NCBI GenBank assembly: GCA_030390025.1
Contig: CM059432.1
Coordinates: 79,362,001 to 79,426,000, forward strand
Source of the DNA: Squalus acanthias
Lineage: Eukaryota
Direction: 5' to 3'
DNA length: 64,000 nucleotides
A program made the position numbers and the translations under genes. Of this stretch, positions 24,711 to 37,451 are shown one piece after another (position 1 is the first letter of the stretch; each line of letters starts with the position of its first letter). The notes beneath the pieces were generated by a model. It worked only from the letters and a program-made list of their open reading frames with translations, was not told the origin of the DNA and did not search any database.

Positions 24711-27700
24711 AGTATGTTTTTGCTAATGACTAAAAGATATTTAAAATCTCACTGAACTCCCAGATTTCCATTTATTTTCGCCAGCTGCAAGAGTGATGAC
24801 AAAAGGCTGCCAGCAATCTTGCCTAAGTTGTTTACAAGCTGCTACCAAATAAGTAAGAAATCTGATCTGAATTTCACTGAGTTTACAGAATAAATACGAA
24901 CTGTTAGGAACAAGGAAGAGGGTTCTCTGTATTAGATACAAGGTACAAATTGCCTAGCGTTTGTATTGATCCTTTGAATGTTTGGCCAAGGATCACAACA
25001 TGTAGTGTATTTATCCAATGAGCCAGATTGAGGTCCAAAAGCATTATTTAAAAAAATGTGTCTGCACAGTCTGATCGTTAAGTTATCAACTCCCAGGTTA
25101 ATACACAAGTATGGAAACCTAGACAACTAGCAAAAGCAGGCCGAGCAATAGAAATACTGGAATAAAACTCCATATATGCATTATGATATAGTGGCTATAA
25201 TTGAGACCTGGCTTAAACATGGACAGGAATGGGAACTAAACATTCCTGACTACAATGTATTCAGGATGGATAGGGAAAGAATAAAGAAAGGGGTAGGTGG
25301 CGGTATTGATCAAGGATAATATTACAGTTCTAAAGAGGGATGATATATTAGACGGTTCAAAGACTGAATCTATTTGTTTAGAGCTAAGGAAGCTGTTACA
25401 TTGCTGGGTGCTTACTGTAAACCCCCAAATAGTGAGAAGGAGATAGAGGAGCAAATCTGTAGGCAAATTTCAGAGACATGTAAAAATACTAGAGCAGTAA
25501 TAGTAAGGGACTTCAATTACTCAAATATAGACTGGGGAGAAAACAGAGTAAAGGGCAAGGAGGGTAAAGAATTCCTAAAATGTGTACAGGAGAACTTTCT
25601 TAATCAGTATGTTTCTAGCCCAACGAGGAATGAAGCAGTGCTGGATCTAGTTCTGGGGAATGAAGTAGGGCAAGTGGAGCATGTTTCAGTGGGAGAACAT
25701 CTGGGTAATAGTGAACATAATATAATTAGGTTTAAAGTAGTTATGGAAAGGGACAAAGAAAAAGCAATGGTGAAAACACCCAACTGGAAGAGAGCCAATT
25801 TCAGTGATTTGAGAAGGGATCGAGCACAGGTGGACTGGAAACAAAGATTGGCCAGGAAAACAGTAAATGAGCAATGGAGATAGTTTGGGTACAAACCAAG
25901 CATATTCCCCAAGGAGAAAAGATGAGCCATCCAAATCTAGAACTCCCTGGATAACAAAGGAAATAGAGGTTAAATAAAACAGAAAAATTACTTTTATGAC
26001 AAAAGTCAGGTACAGAAAACAATCAAAAACCAGGCAGAATACAGAGAGTGCAGGGGAAATTGAAAAAGGATAGAAGGGCAAAGAGAATATGAGCAAGGAT
26101 GAGCAGTTAACATAAAAGGGAACCCAAAAATCTTTTATAAACATATAAAAAGTAAAACGATAGTTAAAGTAATGATGGGGACGATTAGAGACTAAAAAGG
26201 AAATGTTCTGGTGGAGACAGAGGGCATGACTAAGGTACTGAATGAGTACTTTGCATCTGTCTTCACAAAAGAAGAGGATGAAGTTAATGTCGAAGTAGAG
26301 GTGGGGAGAGCAGAGTTATTGGATAGGATAAAAATAGATAGACAGGAGGTGCTAAATAAGTTGGCATCACTCAAAGTCTCCCAGTCCAGATGAGATGCAT
26401 CCTAGGTTACTGAGGGAAGCTAGGGTGGTGATAGCAGAAGCGCTGACCACAATCTTTCAATCCTCCTTAGATATGGGAGTGGTGTCAGAGGACTGGAGGA
26501 TTGCAAATATTACACCTCTGTTCAAAAAAGGGGATAAGGATCAACCAGGTAACTACAGGCCAATCAGTCTAACATTATAGAATCATAGAAATTTACGGCA
26601 CAGAAGGAGGCCGTTCGGTCCATCATGTCCGTGTCGGCCGAAAAAGAGCTATCCAGCCTAATCCCACTTTCCAGCTCTTGGTCTGTAGCCCTGTAGGTTA
26701 CGGCACTTCAAGTGCATATCCAAGTACTTTTTAAATGCGATGAGGGTTTTTGCCTCTACCACCCTTTCAGGCAGTGAGTTCCAGACCCCCACCATCCTCT
26801 GGTTGAAAAGATTTCTCCTCAACTCCCCTTTAATCCTTCTACCAATTACTTTAAATCTATACCCCCCGGTTATTGACCTCTCTGCTAAGGGAAATAGGTC
26901 CTTCCTGGCCACTCTATCTAGGCCCCTCATAATTTTGTACACCTCAATTAAGTCTCCCCTCAGCCTCCTCTGTTCCAAAGAAAACAATCCCAGCCTATCC
27001 AATCTTTCCTCATAGCTAAAATTCTCCAGTCCTGGCAACATCCTCATAAATCTCCTCTGTACCCTCTCTAGTACAATCACATCCTTCCTGTAATGTGGTG
27101 GCCAGAACTGTACGCAGTACTCTAGCTGTGGCCTAACTAGTGTTTTATACAGTTCAAGCATAACCTCCCTGCTCTTATGTTTTATGCCTTGGTTAATAAA
27201 GGAAAGAATCCCGTATGCCTTCTTAACTACCTTCTCTACCTGTGCTGCAACCTTCAGGGATCTGTGGACATGCACTCCAAAGTCCCTCTGTTCCTCTACA
27301 TTTCTCAATATCCTACCATTTATTGTGTATTCCCTTGCCTTGTAATGCATTTGGGGAGGGCTAACCTCACACTTCTCCAGATTGAATTCCATTTGCCACT
27401 TTTCTGGCCACCTGACCAGTCCTTTGCTATCTTCCTGCAGTCTACAGCTTTCGTCCTCACTATCAACCACACGGCCAATTTTTGCATCATCTGCAAACTT
27501 CTTAATCATGCCCCATACATTGAAGTCTAAATCATTGATATATACCAACAAAAAGCAAGGGACCTAGTACTGAGCCCTGTGGAACCCCACTGGAAATAGC
27601 CTTCCAGTAACAAAAGCACCCATGGGCTTTTACTTTTCTGACCAGTCTGCCATTTAGGACCTTGTCAAAGGCCTTGCTAAAATCTATGTAGACTACATCA

Positions 27701-30285
27701 AATGTGCTACTCATTGACCCTCCTTGTTATCTCCTCAAAAAATTCAATCAAGTTAGTCAGACATGAACTTCCCTTAACAAATCCATGCTGACTGTCATTG
27801 ATTAATTCTTGCCTTTCTAAATAACGATTTATACTGTCCCTCAGAATTTTATCCAATAATTTGTCGACCACTGACTCGCCTGTAATTACTCGGTCTATCC
27901 CTTTCTCCCTTTCTAAACAATGGCACAACGCTAGTAGTCCTCCTGTCCTCTGGCAGCATGCCTGTAGCCAGAAAGGATTGGAAAATGATGGCCTCCCTTA
28001 CTTCTCTCAACAGCCTAGGATACATTTCATCCGGGCCTGGCGATTTATCTACTTTCAAAGATGCTAAACCCCTTAATACCTCCTCTCTCACTATGTTTAT
28101 CTCATCTAATATTTCACACTCGTCCTCCCTAACTACAATGTCTGCATCGTCCCTCTCTTTTGTGAAGACAGACGCAAAGTATTCATTAAGAACCATACCC
28201 ATGTCTTCCGCCTCTACACACAGGTTACCTTTTTGATCTCTAATTGGCCCTACTCTTTCCTTAGTTATCCTCTTGCTCTTTATGTTTTTATAAAACATCT
28301 TTGGGTTTTCCTTGATTTTACTTGCCAAGATTTTTTCATGCCCTCTCTTTGCTTTCCTAATTTCCTTTTTAATTTCACCCCTGCACTTTCTATATTCCTC
28401 TAGGCTTTCTGTAGTATTGAGCTCTCGATATCTGACAAAAGCTTCCCTTTTTTACCTTATCCTACCTTGTATGCCTCTTGACATTCAGAGGCCTCTAGAT
28501 TTGGAAATCCCACCCTTTTTCTTTGTGGGAACATATTTGCTCTGAACCCTCACTATTTCCTCCTTGAATGCCTCCCACTGCTTTGACACTGATTTACCTT
28601 CAAGTAGCTGTTTACAGTCCACTTTTTCTAAATCACATCTCAGCTTAGTAAAATTGGCCTTTCCCCAGTTGAGAACTTTTACACATGGTCTATCTTTGTC
28701 CTTTTCCATAACTACACTAAATCTAACTGAATTATGATCACTGCCACCAAAATGCTCTTCCACTGATACCCCTTCCACCTGCCCAGCTTATTTCCCTAAA
28801 ACAAAGTCCAGAACTGCCCTCTCTCTTGTTGGGCTTGCTACGTAATGGCTAAAAAAGTTCTCCTGAATGCATTAAAAAAATTCTGTGCTCTCTATACCTT
28901 TTACACTAATTCTATCCCAGTTAATATTAGGGTAATTGAAATCCCCTACTATTACTCCCCTATTGTTTTTGCACTTCTCAGAAATGTGCCTATATATTTG
29001 CTCTTCTATCTCCCTCTGACTGTTTGGGGGTCTATTGTACTCTCCCAGAATTGTGATTGCCCCTTTTTTGTTCTTCAGTTCAACTTAATGGCCTTATTTG
29101 ATGATCCTTCTAACATAACTCTAATGAGGCCATATGGGTAGAACTTAAAAACAAAAAGGGGGCAAGCACTTTGCTGGGAGTGTACTATAGGCCCCCAAAC
29201 AGTCAGGGGGAGATAGAGGAACAGATATGTAGGCAAATTTCAGAGAAGTGTAGAAATAATAGGGTAATAATAGTAGGGGATTTCAACTTCCCCAATATTA
29301 ACTGGGATAGTCAGAGTGTGAAAGGCTTAGAGGGTGCGGAATTCTTAAAGTGCATCCAGGAGAGCTTTTTGAGCCAGCATCTAGAATGTCCTACAAGAGA
29401 GGGAGCGGTATGGGACCTAATTCTAGGGAATGTAGCCGAGCAAGTGGTAGAAGTGTTAGTAGGAGAGCATTTTGGTGACAGTGACCATAATTCGGTGAGA
29501 TTTAAGGTAGTCATGGAAAAGGACAAAGATGGACCGGAAATAAAGGTTCTAAATTGGGGGAAGGCCGATTTTAATATGATAAGGCAGAATCTGGCCAAAG
29601 TGGACTGTGATCAGCTACTTGTAGGAAAATCCACATCAGAGCAGTGGGAGTCTTTCAGAAAGGAAATAGAGAGAGTACAACGGCAACATGTTCCCGTAAA
29701 GGTCAAGGGTGGGACCAACAAGTCCAGGGAACCCTGGATGTCAAGGGATATACGAGAATGGATTAGGAAAAAAAGGGAGGCTTTTGGCAGATACAAAGGA
29801 CTAAAAACAGTGGAAACCCTAGAGGAGTATAGAAAGTGCAGGGGGGTACTTAAAAAATAAATTAGGAGAGCGAAGAGGGGGCATGAAATAACACTGGTGG
29901 GCAAAATAAAGGAAAATCCCAAGGTGTTTTATAAGTATATTAAGGGCAAGAGGATAACCAGGGAAAGAGTAGGGCCCATTAGGGACCAAAGTGGCAATCT
30001 GTGTGTAGAGCCAGAAGATGTAGGTGGGGTTTTAAATTAATATTTTGCATCGGTGTTCACTATGGAGAAGGACGATGTAGGCATAGAAATCAGGCAGGGG
30101 GATTGTGATATACTTGAACAAATTAGTATTGAGAGGGAGGAGGTACGAGCGGTTTTAGCGGGCTTAAAAGTGGATAAATCCCCAGGCCCAGACGAGATGT
30201 ATCCCAGGCTGCTGTGTGAGGCAAGGGAGGAGATTGCAAGGGCTCTGACACAAATTTTCAGAACCTCTCTGGCCACAGGGGAGGT

Positions 30286-30884
30286 CAAAATTGAGAGGTC
30301 GCACAACACCAGGTTATAGTCCAACAGTTTTATTTGAAATCACAAGCTTTCGGAGCTATCGCTCCTTCCTCAGGTGAAGTAAATTGGATACAGAATCGCC
30401 AGAGCATATATAGATGGAAAAAAAAGCATGTGTACTTTACAATTGCAGACCAATAAATTAAATCATCCTGACTATCTGCCGAGGTGTGATAAAGTTAATT
30501 AAGTCAGCCAGGAAGGTACCACATCAAAAGACATAGCAAGATACAACTGAGACAATGAGGTGAAGTCGCAGGGGTTCTAACGTGTCAAAAGCTGCCGTCT
30601 GTATGTAAAACGAAAAGCTTTAAAAAAATTTTTACTTTTTTACTGGGAAAATTTTTACTTTTTTACTGGGAATCACATCTGTGAACAAGCTAACGACGAC
30701 TCGAGTCCGGATCACGTCATGTATCGTGACATAAACCCAAGATCCCGATTGAGACCGTCTTCATGAGTGCGGAACTTGGCTATCAGTTTCTGCTCGATGA
30801 TTTTGCGTTGTCGTGTGTTTCTAAGGTTGCCTTGGAGAACGCTTACCCGCAGATCCGAGGCTGAATGTCCTTGACTGCTGAAGT
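30286..30884 (-). mobile_element. Penelope-like element P2, short 3' fragment
   Basis: GHSASDLRVSVLQG...GLNRDLGFMSRY, near-identical to 16195-16370. Perfect 10-bp TSD CAGGGGAGGT (30276-30285, 30885-30894). Confidence 0.92.
30340..30377 (-). ncRNA. Minimal hammerhead ribozyme (PLE P2, second copy)
   Basis: Minus strand TCAC-CTGAGGA-A-GGAGC(GATA)GCTCC-GAAA-GCTT-GTGA. Confidence 0.78.
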
Positions 30885-30892
30885 CAGGGGAG

Positions 30893-32275
30893 GTGCCAGA
30901 GGACTGGAGAACAGCTAACGTAGTACCATTATTCAAGAAGGGTAGTAGGGATAAACCAGGGAATTACAGGCCAGTGAGCCTAACATCAGTGGTAGGGAAA
31001 TTATTGGAAAAAATTCTGAGGGACAGAATTAGTCTCCACTTGGAGAGGCAAGGATTAATCAAGGATAGTCAGCATGGCTTTGTCAGGGGGAGATCATGTC
31101 TGACCAATTTGATTGAATTTTTCGAGGGGGTGACTAGGTGTGTGGATGAGGGTAGTGTAGTTGATGTGGTCTACATGGACTTCAGTAAGGCTTTTGACAA
31201 AGTCCCGCATGGGAGACTGGTCAAGAAGGTAAGAGCCCATGGGATCCAGGGCAACTTGGCACATTGGATCCAAAATTGGCTTAGTGGCAGGAGGCAGAGC
31301 GTGATGGTCGAAGGTTGTTTTTGTGACTGGAAGCCTGTGTCCAGTGGTGTACTGCAGGGATCGGTACTGGGTCCTTTGCTGTTTGTAGTGCACATTAATG
31401 ATTTAGATATGAATGTAGGAGGTATGAACAGTAAGTTCGCAGATGACACGAAAATTGGTGAGGTGGTAAATAGCGAGGAGGGAAGCCTCAGGCTACAGGA
31501 CGATATAGACAGGTTGGTCAGATGGGCAGAACAGTCGCAAATGAAATTTAACCCTGAAAAGTGTGAGGTGATGCATTTTGGGAGGACTAACAAGGCAAGG
31601 GAATACACAATGAATGGTAGGACCCTAGGAAGGACAGAGGATCAGAGGGACCTTGGTGTGCATGTACATAGATCCCTGAAGGCAGCAGGACAGGTAGATA
31701 AGGTGGTTAAAAAGGCATATGGGATACTTGCCTTCATTAGCCGAGGCATAGAATATAAGAGCAGGGAGGTTATGATGGAGCTGTACAAAACGCTAGTTAG
31801 GCCACAGCTGGAATACTGTGTGCAGTTCTGGTCGCCACACTATAGGAAGGATGTGATTGCATTGGAGAGGGTGCAGAGGAGATTCACCAGGATGTTACCT
31901 GGGCTGCAGCGCTTCAGCTATGAAGAGAGACTGGACAGGCTGGGGTTGTCTTCCTTAGAGCAGAGAAGGCGGAGGGGGGACCTGATTGAGGTGTACAAAA
32001 TTATGAGGGGCATAGATAGGGTAGATAGAAAGGAACTTTTCCCCTTAGTAGAGGGGTCAATAACCAGGGGGCATAGTTTCAAGGTAAGGGGCAGGAGGTT
32101 TAGAGGGGATTTGAGGAAAAACTTTTTCACCCAGAGGGTGGTTGGAATCTGGAACTCACTGCCTGAAAGGGTGGTAGAGGCAGGAACCCTCACAACATTC
32201 AAGAAGCATTCAGATGAGCACTTGAAACACCATAGCATACAAGGCTATGGACCAAGTGCTGGAAAATGGGATTAG
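30893..32275 (+). pseudogene. CR1 ORF2 reverse transcriptase domain (open for 460 aa, within a broken element)
   Basis: NYRPVSLTS, QHGF, DFSKAFDKV, QGSVLGP, KFADD, YCVQFWSP. Confidence 0.9.
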
Positions 32276-33801
32276 AATCGACAGGGCTTGATGGCCGGTG
32301 CGGACACGATGGGCTGAAGGGCCTCTTTCTGTGCTGTATAACTCTATGACTCTATCTATATCATCTCTCCTCATCGCTGTAATTGTTTCTTTAATCAATA
32401 TTGCGACCCCCCTCCTTTTTTATCCCCCTCTCTATCTTGTCTGAAAACCCTGTAACCAGGAATGTTGAGCTGCCATTCTTGCCCTTCTTTCAGCCATGTC
32501 TCAGTAATAATTATGATATCATACTTCCACATGTCTAACTGTGCCCTCAGCTCATCTGCCTTATTCACTAGACTCCTTGCATTGATGTATGTACCATTAA
32601 GCACTGCCAAACTCCTTTGTTGTCTATTTTCTGGCCTTCCAAACTCGCTTACTAATTTTCTGCCTTTCATTTCCAGCTTTGCTTCTCTCCCTTCTGAATC
32701 TATGCTCAGGTTCCCATCCCCCAGCCAAGCTAGTTTAAACCCTCCCCAACAGCACGAGCAAACCCCCCACCGCGAGGATATTGGTCCCGGTCCTGTTGAG
32801 ATGCAACCCATCCAGTTTGTACAGGTCCCACCTCCCCCAGAACCGGTCCCAATGCTTCAGGAATCTAAAGCCCTCCCTCCTGCACCATCTCTCCAGCCAT
32901 GCATTCATCTGGTCTATCCTCCTATTCCTGTACTCACTAGCGTGTGGCACAGGGAGTAATCCGGAGATTACTACCTTTGAGGTCCTGCTTACTAATCTTT
33001 TTCCTAGCTGCCTAAATTCTGCCTGCAGGACCTCATACCTCTTTCTACCTATGTCATTAGTACCAATATGACCACGACCTCTGGCTGTTCACCCTCCCCC
33101 CTCAGAATGTCCTGCAGCTGCTCAGTGACCTCCTTGACCCTGGCACCAGGGAGGCAACATACCATCCTGGAGTCATGTCTGCAGCCACAGAAACACCTGT
33201 CTGTTCCCCATATTATTGAATCTCCTATCACTATTGCTTTTCTGACCTCCCTCCTTCCCCCCGTGCAGTTGAGCCAGCCATGGTGTAGAGGAACCATCGC
33301 CTTCACCAGTATGATTAGAGAGTGAGATGCACTCGGGGGACTCCTGCACTACTTGACTGGTCCTCCTTGTCTGTCTGGTGGTCACCCATTCCCTCTCTGC
33401 CTGCACACTCTTAAGCTGCGGGATGACCACCTCCTGAAACGTGCCATCAATGTAGCTCTCAGCCTCGCTGATGCACTGCAGTGACGCCAGCCGTTGCTCA
33501 AGCTCCAAAATCCGGAGATCGAGCTCCTCGAGCTGATGACACTTCCTGCACATGTGGTTGTCTAGGACACATGAAGCGTCCAGGACTTCCCACATGGCAC
33601 AGGATGTGCATTCGACGGGACTGAGGTGCCCTGCCATGCCTCTATTTATTAGACTACTAACTAAACTTCTTAGTTTAAGTCCCTGCCCTAACTTAGAGAG
33701 AAAGAAGATGAAGGTAATACTCATCAACCAATCACCTACTTGCTGTCCTGTAACATCACTCTTTGATTTTTTTTGTTGTTTTTAGTTTCGCCAAATATAT
33801 A

Positions 33802-34015
33802 CTGCCGCCTCCGCTCAGGTCCGCCCTCTGTCCTGGGCCTTCTCTCCCATTCCATTTATGTTCCTGCCGCCTCCGCTCAGGTCTGCCCTCTGTCCTGGGC
33901 TTTCTCTCTTGCTCCATTTATGTTCCTGCCGCCTCCGCTCAGGTCCGCGCTCTGCCCTGGGCCTTCTCTCCCGTTCCATTTATGCTCCTGCCGTTTCCGC
34001 TCAGGTCCGCCCTCT
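33802..34015 (-). repeat. 62-bp tandem monomers (about 3.5 copies) forming the 5' end of CR1-B
   Basis: Unit starts at 33802, 33864, 33926 and 33988. Confidence 0.9.
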
Positions 34016-34444
34016 GGTGGAAAACCTACTAGAGACCATTGTCAAGGACAAAATTAATTCTCCTTTGGAGAAGCATGGGTTAATAAGGGTCACGAATGGT
34101 TTTGCTAGAGAAATTAAGGATAAACTGTTTGCAGTGGCAGAAGGGTCGGTAACCAGAGGACACAGATTTAAGGCAATTGGCAAAAGAACCAGAGGCGACA
34201 TGAGAAACAGTTTTTTACACAGCAAGTTGTTGTGATCTGGAATGTACTGTCTGAAAGGGTGGTGGAAGCAGATTAATTAGTAACATACAAAAGAGAATTG
34301 GATAAATACTTGAAGGGAAAAAAATTACAGGGCTATGAGGAAAGAGCAGGAGAGTGGAACTAATTGGATAGCTCTAACAAAGAGCCGGCACAGGCAAGCT
34401 GGGCCAAATGGTCTCCATCTGTGCTGTATCATTCTATTCTAAAA

Positions 34445-35548
34445 TAAACTTATTCAAAAAATAGAAGCACATGGTATTAAAGAGACGGTGGTAACTTGGG
34501 TACGCAATTGGCTAAGTGATAGGTGTCAGAGAGTAGTGGGGAACGGATGTTTTTCTGACTGGAGAGAAGTATACAGTAGGGTCCCCCAGGGGTCGGTATT
34601 AGGACCATTGCTTTACTTGTTATACATAAATGACCTGGACTTGGGTATAGGGACTACAATTTTGAAGTTTGCAGATGATACAAAACTTGGCAAACATAGT
34701 AAATAGTGAGCATGATAGTAGCAGACTTCATGGGCAGACGCAAGTTAATGTGGACAAGTGTGAAATGATGCACTTTTGGAGAAACAACATGGAGAGGCAG
34801 TATAATCTAAATGGTACTATTTTGAGGTGGGTGTAAGAGCAGAGGGACCTGGAAGTGCATATTCACAAATCTTTGAAGGTGGTAGAGCAAGTTGATAAGG
34901 CGGTTAAGAAAGCGTATAGGATACTTGGCTTTGTAAATAGGGGCATTGAAAACAAAAATAAGGAAGTCATGCTAAACCTTAACAAATCACTGGTTAGGCC
35001 AGAGTGTTGTGTACAATTCTGGGCAGCACAATTTAGGAAGGATGTCCAGGCCCTGGAGAGGGTATGTAGGAGGTTTACCAGGATGATACTGGGGATGAGG
35101 GAGTTCAGTTATGTAGTGAGATTGGAGAAGCTGGGATTGTTCTCATGAGAGCAGAGAAAGTTAAGAGAGACCTAATCGAGGTATTCAAAATTATGAGGGT
35201 TTTGATAGAGTAAGTAAGGAGAAACTATTTCCTCTGGCAAGTGGGTCGGTAACCAGAGGGCACAGATTTAAAATAATTGGCAAAAGAACTAGAGGGGAAA
35301 TGAGGAGAAATTTCTTCACACAGAGGGTTGTTAAGGTCTGGAACGCACTACCTGAAAGGGTGATGGAATCGGATTCCATAGGAACTTTTAAAAGGCAATT
35401 GGACATGTACTTGAAGAGGACTAATTTGCAGGGTTATGGGGAAAAAGCTGGGGTGTGGGACTAAATTGGACAGTTCTTTCAAAGAGCCGGCACAGGCACG
35501 ACGGGCCGAATGTCCCCCTGCTGGTAATATTCTAAGTTTTCTATGACA
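34445..35548 (+). mobile_element. CR1 LINE, 5'-truncated
   Basis: [32 protein letters not shown], 3' UTR. Confidence 0.88.
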
Positions 35549-36289
35549 TATGAAGATAAGGGGTTCCAACTAAAGTGTAGAGGGATAGAAGCAGATTATA
35601 ACTTAAGCTACAAGTACACCCAACATTAGATCACTTTTATTGTAGTGAAAGAATTATAGACGTACATAAAAGCAGAGGTTGTAGCAATGGTGAATACAGG
35701 AATTACTGAAGGAGAATGGGAGTGACTTATATGGAGTTCCATACAACTTCATAGATAAAGTTAAAATAATGGATAGAGGAATGTCAAACAAATGTATTAA
35801 GCATTCATCTGTTATTGTCAAATCAATTTTAAAAAGTTATGCATAAAAATGTTTTCCAGGAACAAACATGGGAGAAGTGGGGGGATAAATCTTGTGCTCT
35901 CAGGCACACCCAACTGATTGCTTATTGTTTATTAATGTCCTCATACTTTCCTGTGGATGTTGACTGCTCTAAGTGGTATAGGCTCACTCCCATTACTCCA
36001 CAGGAACAAAGGGACTTCAACCATGTGTGCATAAACAAATTAAAAACAGCCAAGTTATAGAACAACTGTGACTCATACAAACTAGACAAATGGTCCATAC
36101 CACCTATCACAGCAGTACACTGTAGTAAAATCCTAAATATGGGAATCGCATGTGTAATTTGTTTAAATTAAGTGAAGCTCATCATCATTTATACCCCACT
36201 TTATTTCCAAACTCTGGCAATTCCACCAGTGCAGTTGAAGGAATGTTCAATTTAGCCAATTAATCACACCAGAGTCCAAAAGAGTGGGG

Positions 36290-36700
36290 CTGTTCACCGA
36301 CAATTCCAGTGTTCAGCTCCATTCACAACTCCTTCAATAATGAAGCAGCTAATGCTAGTCTACAGCAGGACCTGGATAACATTGAGGCTTGGTCTGATAA
36401 GTGGGAGGTAACATCCACGCCCCATTAGCATCAGGTAATGACTGTCTTAAACAAGAAAAAGCCCAGCCATTCCCTCTTGACCTTCAGTCGCACCACCACC
36501 ATCAACATTGACAAGTAGTTTAACTGGACCAGCCATCTCAATACTGTAGCTACAAGAGCAGGGCAGATGCTGGGTACTCTGCCACAAGTGGCTCACTCCT
36601 GATGCCTCAAAACCTATCCACCATCTGCAAAGCTCAAGTCAGGAATGTAATGGAACATTCACCACTCACCTAAATTGGATGCAACCATAAAAATCAGGAT
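36290..36700 (+). mobile_element. Old fragment of LINE family T (CR1 group, second family)
   Basis: Degenerate QQDLDNIEAWSDKW...NWTSHLNTVATRAGQ. Confidence 0.65.
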
Positions 36701-36934
36701 GCTCCCACCATCCATGCCCGCATGCAACAAGACCTGGATGAAGTTCAGGCTTGGGCTGATAAGTGGCAGGTAACATTCACACCACAGAAGTGCCAGGCAA
36801 TGACAATCTCCAACAAGAGAGAGTCTAACCACCGCCCCTTGACATTCAACGGCATTACCATCGCCAAATCCCCCACGATCAACATCCTGGGGGTCACCAT
36901 TGACCAGAAACTTAACTGGACCAGCCACAGAGGG

Positions 36935-37235
36935 GCGAGAGGAGCGGCGAGAGGAGCGGGAGCAGCGGCGCTATAAAGAGTGTGAAAGGAGCGGCGAGAG
37001 GAGCAGCGAGAGGAGCGGGATCAGCAGCACTATAAAGAGTGTGAAAGGAGCGGCGAGAGGAGCGGGATCAGCAGCGCTATAAAGTGTGTGAAAGGAGCGG
37101 CGAGAGGAGCGGGATCAGCAGCGCTATAAAGAGTGTGAAAGGAGCGGCGAGAGGAGCGGGATCAGCAGCGCTATAAAGAGTGTGAAAGGAGCAGCGAGAG
37201 GAGTGGGAGCAGCGGCGCTGTAAAGAGCGCGAGAG
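36935..37235 (+). repeat. 47-bp tandem monomers (about 6 copies), most carrying TATAAA; 5' end of CR1-D
   Basis: TATAAAG at 37031, 37078, 37125 and 37172. Confidence 0.9.
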
Positions 37236-37451
37236 GAAGTGGAGGCAGCAGACCTGGACGAGACCAGAGCAGGAGCAGAGCGAAAGAGGCAGCAGCTCAA
37301 CAGAGGCAGAAACCGAAAGAGTGACGTCAGAGTAGAAAAAGTGACGTCAGCACAAGGGAAGGGGCTGATTGGTGAGTAGCTGGTGAGTGTTTTTTAAAAA
37401 AGTTTTAAGTTTATTTCTGCTTAGTTAGTTCTTAGTCTATTAAATAGAGGC

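Larger units (their letters stand above)
29118..32357 (+). mobile_element. CR1-C: 5'-truncated, relatively young LINE, interrupted by a PLE
   Basis: EN ORF 29171-29860; uninterrupted 460-aa RT ORF 30893-32275; tail ACTCTATGACTCTAT. Confidence 0.93.
26578..34015 (-). mobile_element. CR1-B: full-length LINE (5' monomer array, ORF1, ORF2, 3' tail), interrupted by CR1-C
   Basis: ORF1 MAGHLSPVECTSCAMWEV...IVIGDSII...DGLHLN (Zn finger plus SGNH esterase). ORF2 start YINARSLVNK...TETWL. The sequence at 32358 continues at 29117. RT 26658-27551; tail at 26578. Confidence 0.9.
25165..34441 (+). mobile_element. CR1-A: outer LINE (EN to RT start at 25165-26577; resumes 34016-34441 with an internal deletion)
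   Basis: APE endonuclease motifs (DFNY, LDLVLGN, SEHN). NYRPISLT at 26577 continues as VENLLETIVKDKIN at 34016. 3' tail ATTCTATTCT. Confidence 0.85.

Noticed and set aside
36935..37235. Regular 47-bp repeats (and 62-bp repeats at 33802) as a CRISPR-like array
   Set aside because: No unique spacers, eukaryotic context, and they form the 5' ends of CR1 elements.
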